64,000 bases of DNA from an uncultured virus (IMG/VR IMGVR_UViG_3300020034_000011) (taxonomy: Duplodnaviria > Heunggongvirae > Uroviricota > Caudoviricetes). Both the position numbers and the translations under genes were made by a program. The notes under the pieces are model-generated. The model had not been told where the DNA came from and made no database searches. It worked only from the letters and a program-made list of their open reading frames with translations. Every line of letters starts with the position of its first letter. The stretch's first letter is position 1. The stretch lies in IMG/VR virus record IMGVR_UViG_3300020034_000011; one strand, 5' to 3'. Below, one piece after another: positions 49,459-60,356 of this stretch.

Positions 49459-49636
49459 CTTCCCTATCTGGTATAGAGCATAGGTACAGGTAGCATCTGT
49501 TTTGAAACAGGACGGTGCAATCCCGTCGACCTATATTCCATACCAGCAGTAAGCGGGCACGGAGGTTAGTGGCGCACAGCCGTGGAGCGGGAGTGGTACC
49601 CCGCATGATATTTGCTCATCTATCGAGAGGTATACT

Positions 49637-50116
49637 GTGAACAAGACGAAGTATCTGATCGCTTTGTGTTTGACGGCAATGTTCGCATGGGCAACCATGG
49701 GCGCGTCTGGTTGTGAGTCTGATGCTGACAAGGTGTCAAAGAACATCAGCACCGATGCTGAGCAGTTCAAGGTCTTGCGCAAGATCGTCGGTATCAACGG
49801 CATCACCGACAAGGTGGAGTTCGAGGTCGTCGGTCGCTGCTCCTACGAGCACGATGCCGCAAACCAAGAGCTCGTTCTGGTTTGCAAGGAGACGGACACG
49901 GAGTACAAGAAGCACACCATCGGCTTGTCTGACAACGTGTTCTTCATCTCCACGCAGTTGCAGAACCTCAAGGTGTCGACCTACCGAACGAAGATCATCC
50001 TCAAGCCGCAGAACCTCATCCCGGACTTGGATCTGGTGACGGGTAAGCAGGAGAGCGACAATCCTCCGTCGTCGGTCACAGTCCCTCCGACGACTGAGCC
50101 GCTCAAGACGCCTTAG
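49637..50116 (+). CDS. secreted/lipoprotein
   Basis: signal-like N-terminus with ASGC lipobox-like motif; ADKVSKNIS..AEQF. Confidence 0.7.
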   Translation: MNKTKYLIALCLTAMFAWATMGASGCESDADKVSKNISTDAEQFKVLRKIVGINGITDKVEFEVVGRCSYEHDAANQELVLVCKETDTEYKKHTIGLSDNVFFISTQLQNLKVSTYRTKIILKPQNLIPDLDLVTGKQESDNPPSSVTVPPTTEPLKTP

Positions 50117-50745
50117 TGAAGCAGCTCATTTTCGAGATCATCCTTGGGGTGGTCTTGGGGCTGGCGATACTCTTGTTGATTTTTGAAGTCATCGAGATTC
50201 TCGTCATGCTCTTGAGCAATGTTTCTAATCTTGACGGGACACGCCCGTCGCCGTAATTCCCGGAGACCAAGCAGCGGCTTCCAGTCGCAGAGCGGTCGTA
50301 GGGTAAATCGGCAACCCTTCTGAGTTGGCCGCAGGAGGTCCAAACCCCGGGTAGTGTCCGGGTACCAACGGGGGTCGGCTCCCGTTGGTCAGTCATATTT
50401 AGAGGAGGACTCCGTGTTCAAGAAGCTGCTCATCCCCGAAGATGGTGCAACGGTCAAGTGGTATCAGTACCCGTTTGCGCTTGGTTATGGCTTATGGCAA
50501 TTGCTCGTGACGAAGCGGAGCGTGGACTGATGGAAAACATGGAACGCGTGCAAGAGCTCATCCAGCGATCGGCCGATGCGCGTAAAGCGATGCAAGAAGC
50601 CAGAGCAGTCGAAGAGGTAGCTCGCGTCGCTCGTGTGTCTGCGGAGAGCGCTTGCGAAAAGGCTAGCGGCGAACTCGGCAAAGAGATTCGTGGGCAGGTA
50701 GATGCTTTGGTGCCGATCAAGGAAGGCGACAGGGTTTTCTAATCC

Positions 50746-50777
50746 TCGCGGGAATTTCATTGATTGTAATGAGACCC
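50746..50777 (+). promoter_or_regulatory. phage promoter-like motif plus TGAGACCC leader
   Basis: TCGCG-N7-CA-N7-TAATGAGACCC. Confidence 0.75.
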
Positions 50778-50793
50778 CTATCTAAGGAAACCC

Positions 50794-50961
50794 ATGCTTA
50801 CCACACTTTTCCGCCGTAGCGCCCACACCGTCCCCACGGTTGATTTGGAGCAGCTCGACCTGGACCTCTTGCGTATCAACTACGCAGGCAACCCTGTCGC
50901 GCAGCTTCACCTCGACCGCATGCAGACGAGTCTGAACGCTTCGCGCAACAAGGCCAAGTAG
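50794..50961 (+). CDS. 55-aa cassette protein (below ORF-track cutoff)
   Basis: MLTTLFRRSAHTVPTVDLEQLDLDLL...; AAGGAA RBS; terminator 50984-51020. Confidence 0.65.
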   Translation: MLTTLFRRSAHTVPTVDLEQLDLDLLRINYAGNPVAQLHLDRMQTSLNASRNKAK

Positions 50962-51023
50962 CACTGTTCCAGAAGTACCACTCAAAGCGAGAGCCCCTAA
51001 CACGGGCTCTTTCTTTTTTGGGC

Positions 51024-51282
51024 AGGCGGGATGTCTCTCGAGCAGCCACAAAGTAGGTCCTTCTCTATCAAAACGGTATTGGCGGGAATCAGTATCGTCA
51101 TGGACATTTGTGGTTGCTCGAAAGGCATCTCGCCTACGAGTTGGGTAGTGGTCGAACCTTGTACTTCTCCAGTCTGGGCTCCCGCTATCCAAGTAGTAAG
51201 GGCCGGTCGCCGGAAACGATCCCGGCCCTGCAGTAATGAACGGGGCGCTCGGAGGAGTGTGGTCCTCTGGCGCCCCGTTCAT
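51024..51282 (+). ncRNA. array of four strong hairpins
   Basis: 51024-51135 long stem, 51141-51192, 51199-51229, 51236-51282. Confidence 0.5.
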
Positions 51283-51315
51283 GTATTGAGACCCTATCTA
51301 CTCAAGGAGACTGCC

Positions 51316-52075
51316 ATGGCAGATCATTTCTCCCTTCTGCAGAACTTCTATTACCGCCTGGGGTGCTTAGACGGTGGACAGAAGGTTGTGGACGCAACAC
51401 GCGAAGCGCATCCGGACGATCAAGATTTGCAGCTCAAGCTTGATCGAGTGCAAACCGGTATAGACGAAGAGCGATACGAGATCAGCGAAGCTTTGGTCTC
51501 CATTCCGTTGAGCAACTAGGAGGCATCGTGGACGATCCACTGTACGTCCCACCCTGGGTTCGTAGGTTTGTCAGCTCTACGACCTTCGTTTCGGGCGCCT
51601 TGGTTGGGATCATTGTCTTCGACGTGTTTTACGTCAAGCCGAAGCTCGAGAAGAAGCAAGACGCGAACCGTCAGCTTGTCGACATGGTGAAGACCTCAGA
51701 GAAGCGCGTGGCCTATCTTGCCGTACTGATGGGCGAACATAATGTTGAACTGGAAGAGTTCGATCTCATCGCACTCAACCGCCTAAGTTAGAGAAGGGTA
51801 GTTTCATGAAAGCCAGACTCGCACGCGTCAAGAAGTACCTGTCCGATCACCGGGCACCGATCGCCTACGGCGCAGGAGTAGTTGCCGGGGCCGTCCCGAC
51901 CGCCTACATCCTTTCCAAGAAGTTTGCGACGCCCGACTTCATCCACGTCTTGATCGACATGACCCCAGAGGAGTTGGCGAAGATGTTCGAGGAGACCGGC
52001 GCCGTCGAGTTGCTCGATGTGTCGGCCATGCGAATGATCGTCGTGGAATCTTTGGCGGCGCAGCAGGGCGAGTAG
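51316..52075 (+). other. three small ORFs (51316-51519, 51528-51791, 51806-52075) ending at terminator 52081-52110
   Basis: first is preceded by TGAGACCC (51287) and AAGGAG. Confidence 0.55.
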
Positions 52076-52637
52076 TACCAAAGAGGAGCCTAAACATGGC
52101 TTCTCTTTTTGAAATTCAGATATTGGCTTGCCGAAAGGAGGTACTCGATGGCGTATAACCGAGATGGAGAAGAGACGGATTACCGAACTCTGGCGGATCT
52201 GATCGAGGATCTCATGGAGCATCCAGGTGAGCTGTTCTTGTTGGACCGCGGCTGTGAGGCTTTGGTCTATATTGCTGAGCGCGAGGAGATCCTGCTCATA
52301 TCTTGTCGCAGTGTGCTGGGATCACGAGAGGTTCGTGAAGAGACGTTGCGCCAAAAGCTCAACCGAATTCTGGAGGAAGAGTGACGTTGACGCTTGCCCA
52401 GGCCGAGGCAGAGATTGCCTGGCTGCTTGCCAAGATCAGCGAGTCGGAAGACTTCATCAATCGTGCTGAGAAGTTCTTTGCTGAAAAGCACCGTGACTGG
52501 TCTGATGAAGCGGTCATAAGCTTTGAGAAGTTTCTCGAGAGAAAGCGCGAGCAGGTGTACTGCGAGCAGACGCTTGTTGAAAAGTTAGGGTGGAGCGTCG
52601 CAATGAACCGCTCCCCAGAAAGTTAGAGAGGAATCAC

Positions 52638-53534
52638 ATGATCAGTGCTAAGACCGGCGAGGAGATGATCCCCGTTCTCTACGTGGATATCGACGACACG
52701 ATTCGTAAGGGGTACGACACCCTTGGGCGTTTTGTCAACCACCCATCGGATGTCGAAGTCTTTGAAGGTGTTGCGGACCTGCTGTGGAAGTACAAGGACT
52801 TGGGTTGGCGCATTGTCGGTGTCAGCAACCAAGGTGGTATCACTTTGGGTCATCTCGATCCAGACGACTGCTTTGCTGCGATGATCGAGACCTCGGTCCA
52901 GACGCGCCAGGCGTTCGACAAGCTCATGTGGTGTCAACATCACCCCGACGCGGACACGCCAGAGATGGCGGTCTGTTGGTGCCGTAAACCCAAGGCGGGT
53001 ATGGTCATCGAAGCGGCGTTGGCTCTGGCTGAAAAGCACCCCGGAGAGATCTACCCACCACACCTGGGCGTCTTCGTGGGAGATCGTCCAGAAGATCAGG
53101 AGTGCGCGACCAACGCAGGCCTGGCTTTCGTCGACGCTGTTGAATGGCGTGCGGGTAAGCATCTCGAGGTCGCCAAAGAGGGCGCGGCGATTGAGCGTCA
53201 TCGGGAGACCGTTATTCGGTCAGTCCAACACGGCGTCATGTCCACCGACGAAGCTCGGGAAGCCTTGGGTATGTCGAGCAAGCTCCCTTCGGATTATCTC
53301 GATCTCTCGTTGAAGATGACCGGAGTGAAGACCAAGACAGTTCCGGTCTACACGCTGGAAGTCAACGACGAGTTTGTGTTTGACGGGATGCTGTATGTCG
53401 TCACCCACAAGAACGAGCACGAGATCAAGGGTCAACGTCCGTCGCCGTATGTCGGATCGGTCACGTTTTACAAACCGCCGGTGGATGAGGGCCGTAGCGG
53501 TTGGAACACCGAGGTCATCACGGAGGACAACTGA
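52638..53534 (+). CDS. HAD-superfamily phosphatase (GmhB/HisB/PNKP-like) with C-terminal extension
   Basis: YVDIDDT, VSNQGG, CRKPKAGM, FVGDRPED motifs. Confidence 0.85.
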   Translation: MISAKTGEEMIPVLYVDIDDTIRKGYDTLGRFVNHPSDVEVFEGVADLLWKYKDLGWRIVGVSNQGGITLGHLDPDDCFAAMIETSVQTRQAFDKLMWCQHHPDADTPEMAVCWCRKPKAGMVIEAALALAEKHPGEIYPPHLGVFVGDRPEDQECATNAGLAFVDAVEWRAGKHLEVAKEGAAIERHRETVIRSVQHGVMSTDEAREALGMSSKLPSDYLDLSLKMTGVKTKTVPVYTLEVNDEFVFDGMLYVVTHKNEHEIKGQRPSPYVGSVTFYKPPVDEGRSGWNTEVITEDN

Positions 53535-53606
53535 TGGCCGTCATTTACGCGTTGATTGTCGTAAGCATTCTTGTGGCGGCATGGGTGGTGCGCGACGGTA
53601 TGAAGA

Positions 53607-55942
53607 ATGACTGAAATGAGGGGACACCTGGCGTTTATCGGTACGACGGTAGGTGGTAATACGATCATCCTCCGTCTCATTCCCTACGAAGAGAAACGTT
53701 ATAAGCCAAACCCAGGACCAGTTGTTCGGTTCGACTTCCTAGAGGATCGGTATTTCCTCTATCTGAACGACGATGAGCCTGTGGAGTTGACCAACCCACG
53801 GTTCGAGCTCTATGACGATGTTGACCTGTCGATCGTGCATATTGTCATCACCTCGCTTGAGTGGTGCGGGCGAGCGGTCGGCACACGTAAGGAATGGATC
53901 GATCGAGTCGAACTAGAGAAGAGGTATGGCCGATGAAGAAGTTCTTAGTACGTCTACGCGGATGGTGGTACAGACATATCCGTCGCTGCCACGGAGAGAT
54001 CTGCAAGGACTGCGGTCGCCCCGTTGCTCGCGGGATAGGGACGTGGTGGGATGCCCCAGACGGTCTATGGGTAGAGATCAACGACGGACCTGGTGGATGT
54101 CTCTGCCCCAAGTGCTTTGCTGATCGATGCATGGAGAAGGAGGGGCTTCTTATTTACTGGGTCCCGCTGATTGAAGCACGCAGCTTGACTCAGCAGATCG
54201 AGGATGAGAAGCTGGCGGAAGAGTCGGAACGTCTGGGTGAAATATTCGAGGCACACCTGAGACCAATTAGAAATAGACAAGATGGGAGTCGCTTAGAGTG
54301 AAGGTAGCCAAAAAAACACACAACTATCGAGTGATTGAGCTCCTTGCGCAAGACGCTGACGGTCTCGCCGCGGTAATCAACCGCTGGGCAAGACGCGGGT
54401 GGCGTTTAGTAGGTACCGCCCCAGGCAAGGACGCATATCACATCAAGCTGATCCTCGAGCGCCCGGTGTGCTTGAACCATCCACAAGATGAAAGCGCGGT
54501 TGTATGAAGATCGTTGAAACAATCACACCGGACAACGCTGACAAGGTGATCATGGGCGAGAAGGACGTCAAGATCACCTACGACACGGAGACCGGGAAGG
54601 TCGCGCTCAACACCCCGGCAATCTGGGGCGGCGACGCCAAGATGGACATGTCGAAGCTTCGTACTGTGTTAGACCAACTCGAGGCATCGACCACGTCGGT
54701 GCGCGAAGAAACACAGGACGGAGAACTGCTGCCGGTCAAGAACTTGAAGGTCGATGAGTTGTTCGCCTACAACGATCGGTTCTTCAAGGTTGTCACGAAT
54801 GACGACAACGTTGTTCACGTCATCTCAATCGATGGTCAATTCGAGGAGGACTTCTGGCATCCGAATCAGGCCATGCCGAGTGTGGATGCGAAGACTTGGT
54901 TCGAGAAGGTCCGGGTTCTGAAGGCATGAACCGTGAGCAGCTAGGCGTTCTCGGGTCGATGCTCACCTTTGCTGCGGAGAACATCCCGGGCGGTTTGAAT
55001 CTGGATGAGCAGCGTGCGGTAGAGATCTTCTGGCGATGGGCGTCGAATGATCCATTTTACGCCATTGAGGTGAGCAAGGTGGAGGTCGCGATCGAGAACG
55101 ATGGCGATATCTACATCACCGAGAACGATCGGCGTGTGATGCACGCCAGGATCAAGAGCTGGACAGAGCTACTTCTCCAGATGGGTCCTGGGGATGTCAT
55201 CGAGCTCAACAAAGAGTATGGCCCACTGGTGTTCGTGCCTCTTCGCGTCAGTATGGATCTCGAAAAGGTGGAATGGGTGGTCGAGCGTTACTGCCCGGCC
55301 GATAACACGTGGGAAGCGGTTGATCGAATCCCAGGTCAGCTTGCCACCGATTTCAAGGAGTGATGGATGGAGCACGCGCGAACTCATGAATACATGATTC
55401 ATGACATTGACTATTTGGATCATCTTGAGCGTGTTGCCAACACGTGGGCAAAAACGGGTTGGCGAGTGGTGAGCGTTACCGAGATGATGCGTGGTTTTCG
55501 AATGTTGCTTGAGCGCCCTTGGGCTGATAGGAGTGATGGATGAAGACCCTCAAAGATTCGCTTGACCATCTCGCTAGGCGTCAGGTCTCACGTGAAAGTG
55601 AGAGACGAGCAGGAAAGGTGATCACTGCGTTTGTCGAAGGGCGGGTTGACGAAGACTGCCTGAGAGCAAACCTGCGACAGGAGTATCAGCGAATGCTTGA
55701 AATGGACCCAGGCGTTAGGTAATGCCGGAAAGGAATCAATGAAACAGTTGTTCGAACGGATTCGACAGCTCATTCTCCCTAGAGGAGTGTGGGTGGCATA
55801 TCACTACGACTTCTCTGGGTTCGCCTTCTTTGACGAGGAGCTCCTCGCTCGGCGGTATGCGGGTGAGAACAACATGGGCGTGGAGTTTTGCCCTTACGGG
55901 GTAGACGTCAGACAAGAGCTTTTGCGGAGGGGTGCTCCATGA
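53607..55942 (+). other. run of small hypothetical ORFs, including CxxC protein 53933-54301 and DUF4177-like 54298-54507 and 55367-55543
   Basis: coupled + strand ORFs; N.W...GWR.V...LERP motif occurs twice. Confidence 0.5.
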
Positions 55943-56370
55943 TCGTCGGGTTCAGTGGCTCTCGCGAGGGTATGACCATGATCCAGCGAGAGAAGGTCAA
56001 GGCGGTTTTGTCGACGCTGCTGCCTGAAGAGGCGCACCACGGAGATTGCGTCGGGTCTGACGAGGGTTTCCACGAGCTCTGCCGTGAGCTGACCAGAGAA
56101 CAGTTGATCACGGTTTACATCGTGGTTCATCCGCCCATGGCCGATCAGTTCCGTGCGTTCTGTGAGGGTGACGAGACTCGTCCACCCAAGGCCTATATCG
56201 GTAGAAACCGCGACATCGTGTCAGAGGTGGGCGCCCTTATCGCCTGCCCGAAACAGGAGCTTCAGCCTCCTGAGTTGCGTGGACACGGGACGTGGTCGAC
56301 TATTCGTTATGCCACCGGTAGGATCCCGATCTATCTGATCAAGCCGTCCGGGGAACTCTCAAGGAGGTAG
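55939..56370 (+). CDS. SLOG-fold (DprA/YspA-like) nucleotide-binding protein
   Basis: IVGFSGSR...HHGDCVGSD...RNRDIV...GTWSTIRYA. Confidence 0.65.
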   Translation: MIVGFSGSREGMTMIQREKVKAVLSTLLPEEAHHGDCVGSDEGFHELCRELTREQLITVYIVVHPPMADQFRAFCEGDETRPPKAYIGRNRDIVSEVGALIACPKQELQPPELRGHGTWSTIRYATGRIPIYLIKPSGELSRR

Positions 56371-56461
56371 GATGAGTACTGAGATGCGATGGATGTTCAT
56401 CGGCATTCTGATCGCTTTCTGTGTGGATGTGGCCGGTGGCCTGATCGGCTGGTGGTGAGGT

Positions 56462-57982
56462 ATGGAACGTGACCCAACCGTTCCTAGGGAGATCTACGAT
56501 CCTGATCGAGTGAACCACGGGATCAAAGAAATTCTACGCCAGCAAGAGCACTGTGAACCGCCGAATCCCTATCGCGTTGTAGAAGCACTGCAGCATTCGT
56601 TTGGGAACGTGTATGACCCGGAGACCGGTATGTGGGTTCGGGACGTTCCATATTCGCAGGCCAACTGGAAAGGCGATGGGGTGTGATGGGTCATCGATCT
56701 CCTAAGGGTTACCCACCACCTCCAGGGCCGATCAACATCCTTACCCGTGGCGGGTACGCAAGTAAGTTGTTTCTTGAAGACAAGATCGACTTAGAAGAGT
56801 TCGAACATCGTTTGGAATTGTTGTTTGCTTTTGGAAAAGCTGACGATCCATACATCATTGACGCAGGACCGGCCGGATTTCAAAGACCGACAAAGGACAT
56901 GCACTAATGGAAGATCGTAGCGATGAAGAGATGACGTGTCAGGACTGCCTCAGGCCTTTTTCAGAGGTCATCGATTTCTTGGTGGCCGACGCGATCTGGA
57001 ATTTTGTCATGGCTGGGCAAGCGGTCACCACAATTACCATTCGTCCTGGACTGTTCGACAAGCGATTGCAGCCTCGTTCCGAGGGTGTCGGTGGGGTCGT
57101 ATGTCTCCACTGCTTCGACATCCGCGCCAAAGCAAAGAACGTCGACTACAGCGCACATCTGGTGGTTACCGGTATCGGCTCATGGATGCGTGAACCCCAG
57201 AACGGAATGCCGCTCTAAGTGACATTCGCAAGCATAACCAAAGACGTGCCGTTGATCTGTCCTCATTGCGGGTCTAACGCGCCACATGGCGACGCACGAT
57301 TCATGTGGGTCAACCTGCATTTGGAAAGCTATCTCCATCGTTGGTGGTGGAGACGAGTCAACCTTTACTATCGGTTGAAACTGAAAGGGCTTAGATGGTG
57401 GCGTTCACACACATGAAGTACGAAGCCGTAGAAGGTGAGAGATGATTCAAACGGTTTGCGATCGCTGCCAACGAGCAGGTACAAGCGATATGTTCGTAGA
57501 AGTAACGCTATCGGTCGACGGCGATACTTCTGGAACGGTGCGTCAAGGTATGACCAAACACTTTTGCCTGGATCCTGACGGAAGAACCGTTGGGTGTTAC
57601 CGAAAGGTGATGACAAAGATCATGCCCAGTTTCGAAGAGCGCGAAAGGAGGTGAGCATTGCTAGCACAGACGCAGCCACGTAGGATGAAAACGGGACAGC
57701 TTGACGGCGGATATTTGACTGGCCCTGGAGATGAAGCCAGAGACGCTGACGTCATGCTGGAAGACTGGGTCGGGCGTCCCAACTACTCAGAGCGACCGAC
57801 GGCTTACGATGACTTGGGCTGACTTATGGGCACAGACTGCATTTGCCTATGTTGTCTCAGATCTTTCAAGATGGCGAAAAGCGCAGGAGATTCTGGCTTA
57901 CATCCCGGACGTAACCTTGAATTCCGATGCTGCGTTGTTTCACAGCGGTTTTCATTATTTGTTTCATGATGGAAGGAGGTAA
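56462..57982 (+). other. run of small hypothetical ORFs, several with CxxC motifs
   Basis: 56462-56686, 56907-57218, 57219-57416, 57442-57654 and others. Confidence 0.45.
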
Positions 57983-58145
57983 CAATTGATTGACGTCGTT
58001 GCGGTTATCTTCCTATTACTCGTAGGCGTGGTAGCCGCGATATTGTCCCAAACCCAAGAACGTTGGTTACAACACGCTCTTATGGCCAGCGTCTGTTTTG
58101 CGACAGCGCAGGTGATGATCAATCGATTGTGAAAGAAGGTGACAA

Positions 58146-59360
58146 TTGCATATCCACCCGGAACTCTACCCCCATCAGCAGACGGCGCTGAGGAAGCTGA
58201 AGGACGGCTCGATCCTGTGGGGAGGGGTCGGGTCAGGTAAGTCCCGGGTTGGTCTGGCATATTACGCCTTGTCCGAGCAGCATGAGGACATCTACGTCAT
58301 CACCACCGCCAAGAAGCGCGACAGCCTGGACTGGGAGATCGAGGCTGCGCGCTTTGGTATCGGTAAAGAGCACACGCTTTACGGTAAGCTGGTGGTAGAC
58401 AGCTGGAACAACATCGAGAAGTACATCGGAGTCAAGAACGCGTTTTTCATCTTTGACGAGCAGCGACTGGTGGGAGCGGGCAAATGGTCAAAGTCATTCC
58501 TGAAGATCGCCAAGACCAACCGGTGGATTATGTTGTCCGCGACCCCCGGGGATACATGGTTGGACTACATCCCGGTTTTCGTGGCAAATGGGTTTTATCG
58601 CAACCGAACCGAGTTCAAACGCGAGCATGTTATCTACAACTCTTTCACCAAATTTCCCAAGGTGGAGAGGTATGTCGGCGTCTCACGACTGATACGCCAC
58701 CGCAACAGCATCTTGGTCGAGATGCCCTACCTGCGTCACACCAAACGCCATGCGATCAACGTCTGGTGTGACTATGACCTAGAGCTGATGAAGAAGGTCA
58801 CTGACGAGCGCTGGAACGTCTACAAGGACGAGCCGATTCGTGACGTGGCTGAGCTCTTTCACGTCATGCGCCGGGTGGTCAACTCAGACCTAAGCCGGTT
58901 ACAAGCCGCGGCCGAGCTGCTCGACAAACATCCACGCATGATCTATTTCTATAACTTCGACTACGAGCTCGACCTGTTGCGCACGGTGGGAGACTTCGTC
59001 CTGCCCGAGACAACGCTCCCCATGGCCGAGTGGAACGGCCACAAGCACGAGGGAATCCCCCTTACCCCGAAATGGGGATACCTGGTTCAGTATGCCGCAG
59101 GGGCCGAAGGATGGAACTGCGTTTCCACGGATGCCACAGCCTTTTGGAGCCTTCCATACTCCTACAAACTGTGGGAGCAGGCCCACGGCAGGATCGATCG
59201 ATTGAACACCCCGTTCACCGATCTGTACTACTACGCACTGCGCTCAAAGGCCGATATCGACTGGGCAATCTGGCGCTCGCTGATGTCCAAAAAGAGCTTC
59301 CAGACCGACCATTTCGCGCTCGAGAACGCAGAGTTCGCAGAGATGGCGAGGACCATATGA
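58146..59360 (+). CDS. SF2 (SNF2/DEAD-like) helicase
   Basis: [32 protein letters not shown]. Confidence 0.88.
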   Translation: MHIHPELYPHQQTALRKLKDGSILWGGVGSGKSRVGLAYYALSEQHEDIYVITTAKKRDSLDWEIEAARFGIGKEHTLYGKLVVDSWNNIEKYIGVKNAFFIFDEQRLVGAGKWSKSFLKIAKTNRWIMLSATPGDTWLDYIPVFVANGFYRNRTEFKREHVIYNSFTKFPKVERYVGVSRLIRHRNSILVEMPYLRHTKRHAINVWCDYDLELMKKVTDERWNVYKDEPIRDVAELFHVMRRVVNSDLSRLQAAAELLDKHPRMIYFYNFDYELDLLRTVGDFVLPETTLPMAEWNGHKHEGIPLTPKWGYLVQYAAGAEGWNCVSTDATAFWSLPYSYKLWEQAHGRIDRLNTPFTDLYYYALRSKADIDWAIWRSLMSKKSFQTDHFALENAEFAEMARTI

Positions 59361-59559
59361 GAACCCCACAAGAAGAATTTGACGATTATATCTACGTTGC
59401 TCGCGCCGCTCTTTTAGACGCATTCAACATGATACAGGACGACCCTGACAGTTCAATCGTACTGTCTCCAGAACGCAAGAATCACTTGATTCAGGCAGCA
59501 AGACATCTAGATCTCGGTCGAGGAGAACAGTGATCGAATCTCGCAAAGTGCGGCTTTTA

Positions 59560-59975
59560 TCTGCCAAGGTCGAATCTTGGCAGATTTGACAGAAATGACA
59601 GAACGTGGCGCGTCGGCGCTCTATATAGGGTTGTTTAGGGTTCGGGAGGACTTGAAAAGTGGTGTACGCCGGACCACTTTTAGATACTAGTATCTAAAAG
59701 TTTTAGATATTGGAGCGTCTGCTTTTAGATATTGAAATGGCTTAGTTGGCGCGTAAACGCTCTTGCCAAGCTATTTGCCAAGATTTAGCTTGGCAAAATA
59801 AGGTGCTCATTTGCAGGGACTTCTCGCGAAATGTCATTGCCAAGATTTTTTGCGAAAAACTCTCTGATGTCATATGTATACCTAATACCCTACTCAACGC
59901 GAGAAGAAGTAGTAGTTATAGTATTAGATATTGAAACGCCCCGTTTAGAAAAGTTTTTCCTCGAAATCTTGGCAA
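59560..59975. repeat. AT-rich iteron-like region, putative replication origin
   Basis: 7 copies of TGCCAAG in both orientations, 3 of TTAGATATTG, 24-bp palindrome 59677-59700. Confidence 0.6.
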
Positions 59976-60004
59976 ATGTTGAGACCCCCACAAAAAGGAC
60001 GATT

Positions 60005-60244
60005 ATGCCCAAGGTAAAAGCAGCACCCGTCAAGGCGGTATTCAAGTCAGCTGATGACGAACTCGCGTATCACCTCGAGAAGGCCGAGGATCATCTGATC
60101 AAGGCGGTGATGTTGTTTATTCATGACAAGAAGCCCGAGCGCAATGCCGATTACTTCAAGCGGCTGGGACGTGCTCAGGAGATCGTCACGGGTCTGTTTC
60201 GCGAAGAACTAGTACGAATGCGTGGAACGAAACGGCCGAGATGA
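60005..60244 (+). CDS. hypothetical protein
   Basis: ATG 60005 after TGAGACCC (59980) and AAAGGA. Confidence 0.6.
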   Translation: MPKVKAAPVKAVFKSADDELAYHLEKAEDHLIKAVMLFIHDKKPERNADYFKRLGRAQEIVTGLFREELVRMRGTKRPR

Positions 60245-60356
60245 CTCAGATGTCGCCTCAGAGGGGCCTAGAAAGCCCGTAGAAGCCACGGAATGACAAA
60301 TTAGGGACGTTGTACCAGTAAGCCCTTAGGAACGCTTAGAACGGCTTTATGGGGCT

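Noticed and set aside
49478..49540. Canonical tRNA gene
   Set aside because: No D-arm and a 6-nt anticodon loop; kept only as a tRNA-like finding.
59831..60004. N-terminal extension of ORF 59831-60244
   Set aside because: Runs through the AT-rich repeat region; the leader tag and RBS support a start at 60005.
60245..60356. Imperfect inverted repeat AGCCCGTAGAAGCC/GGCTTTATGGGGCT
   Set aside because: Weak pairing, single copy, no supporting context.
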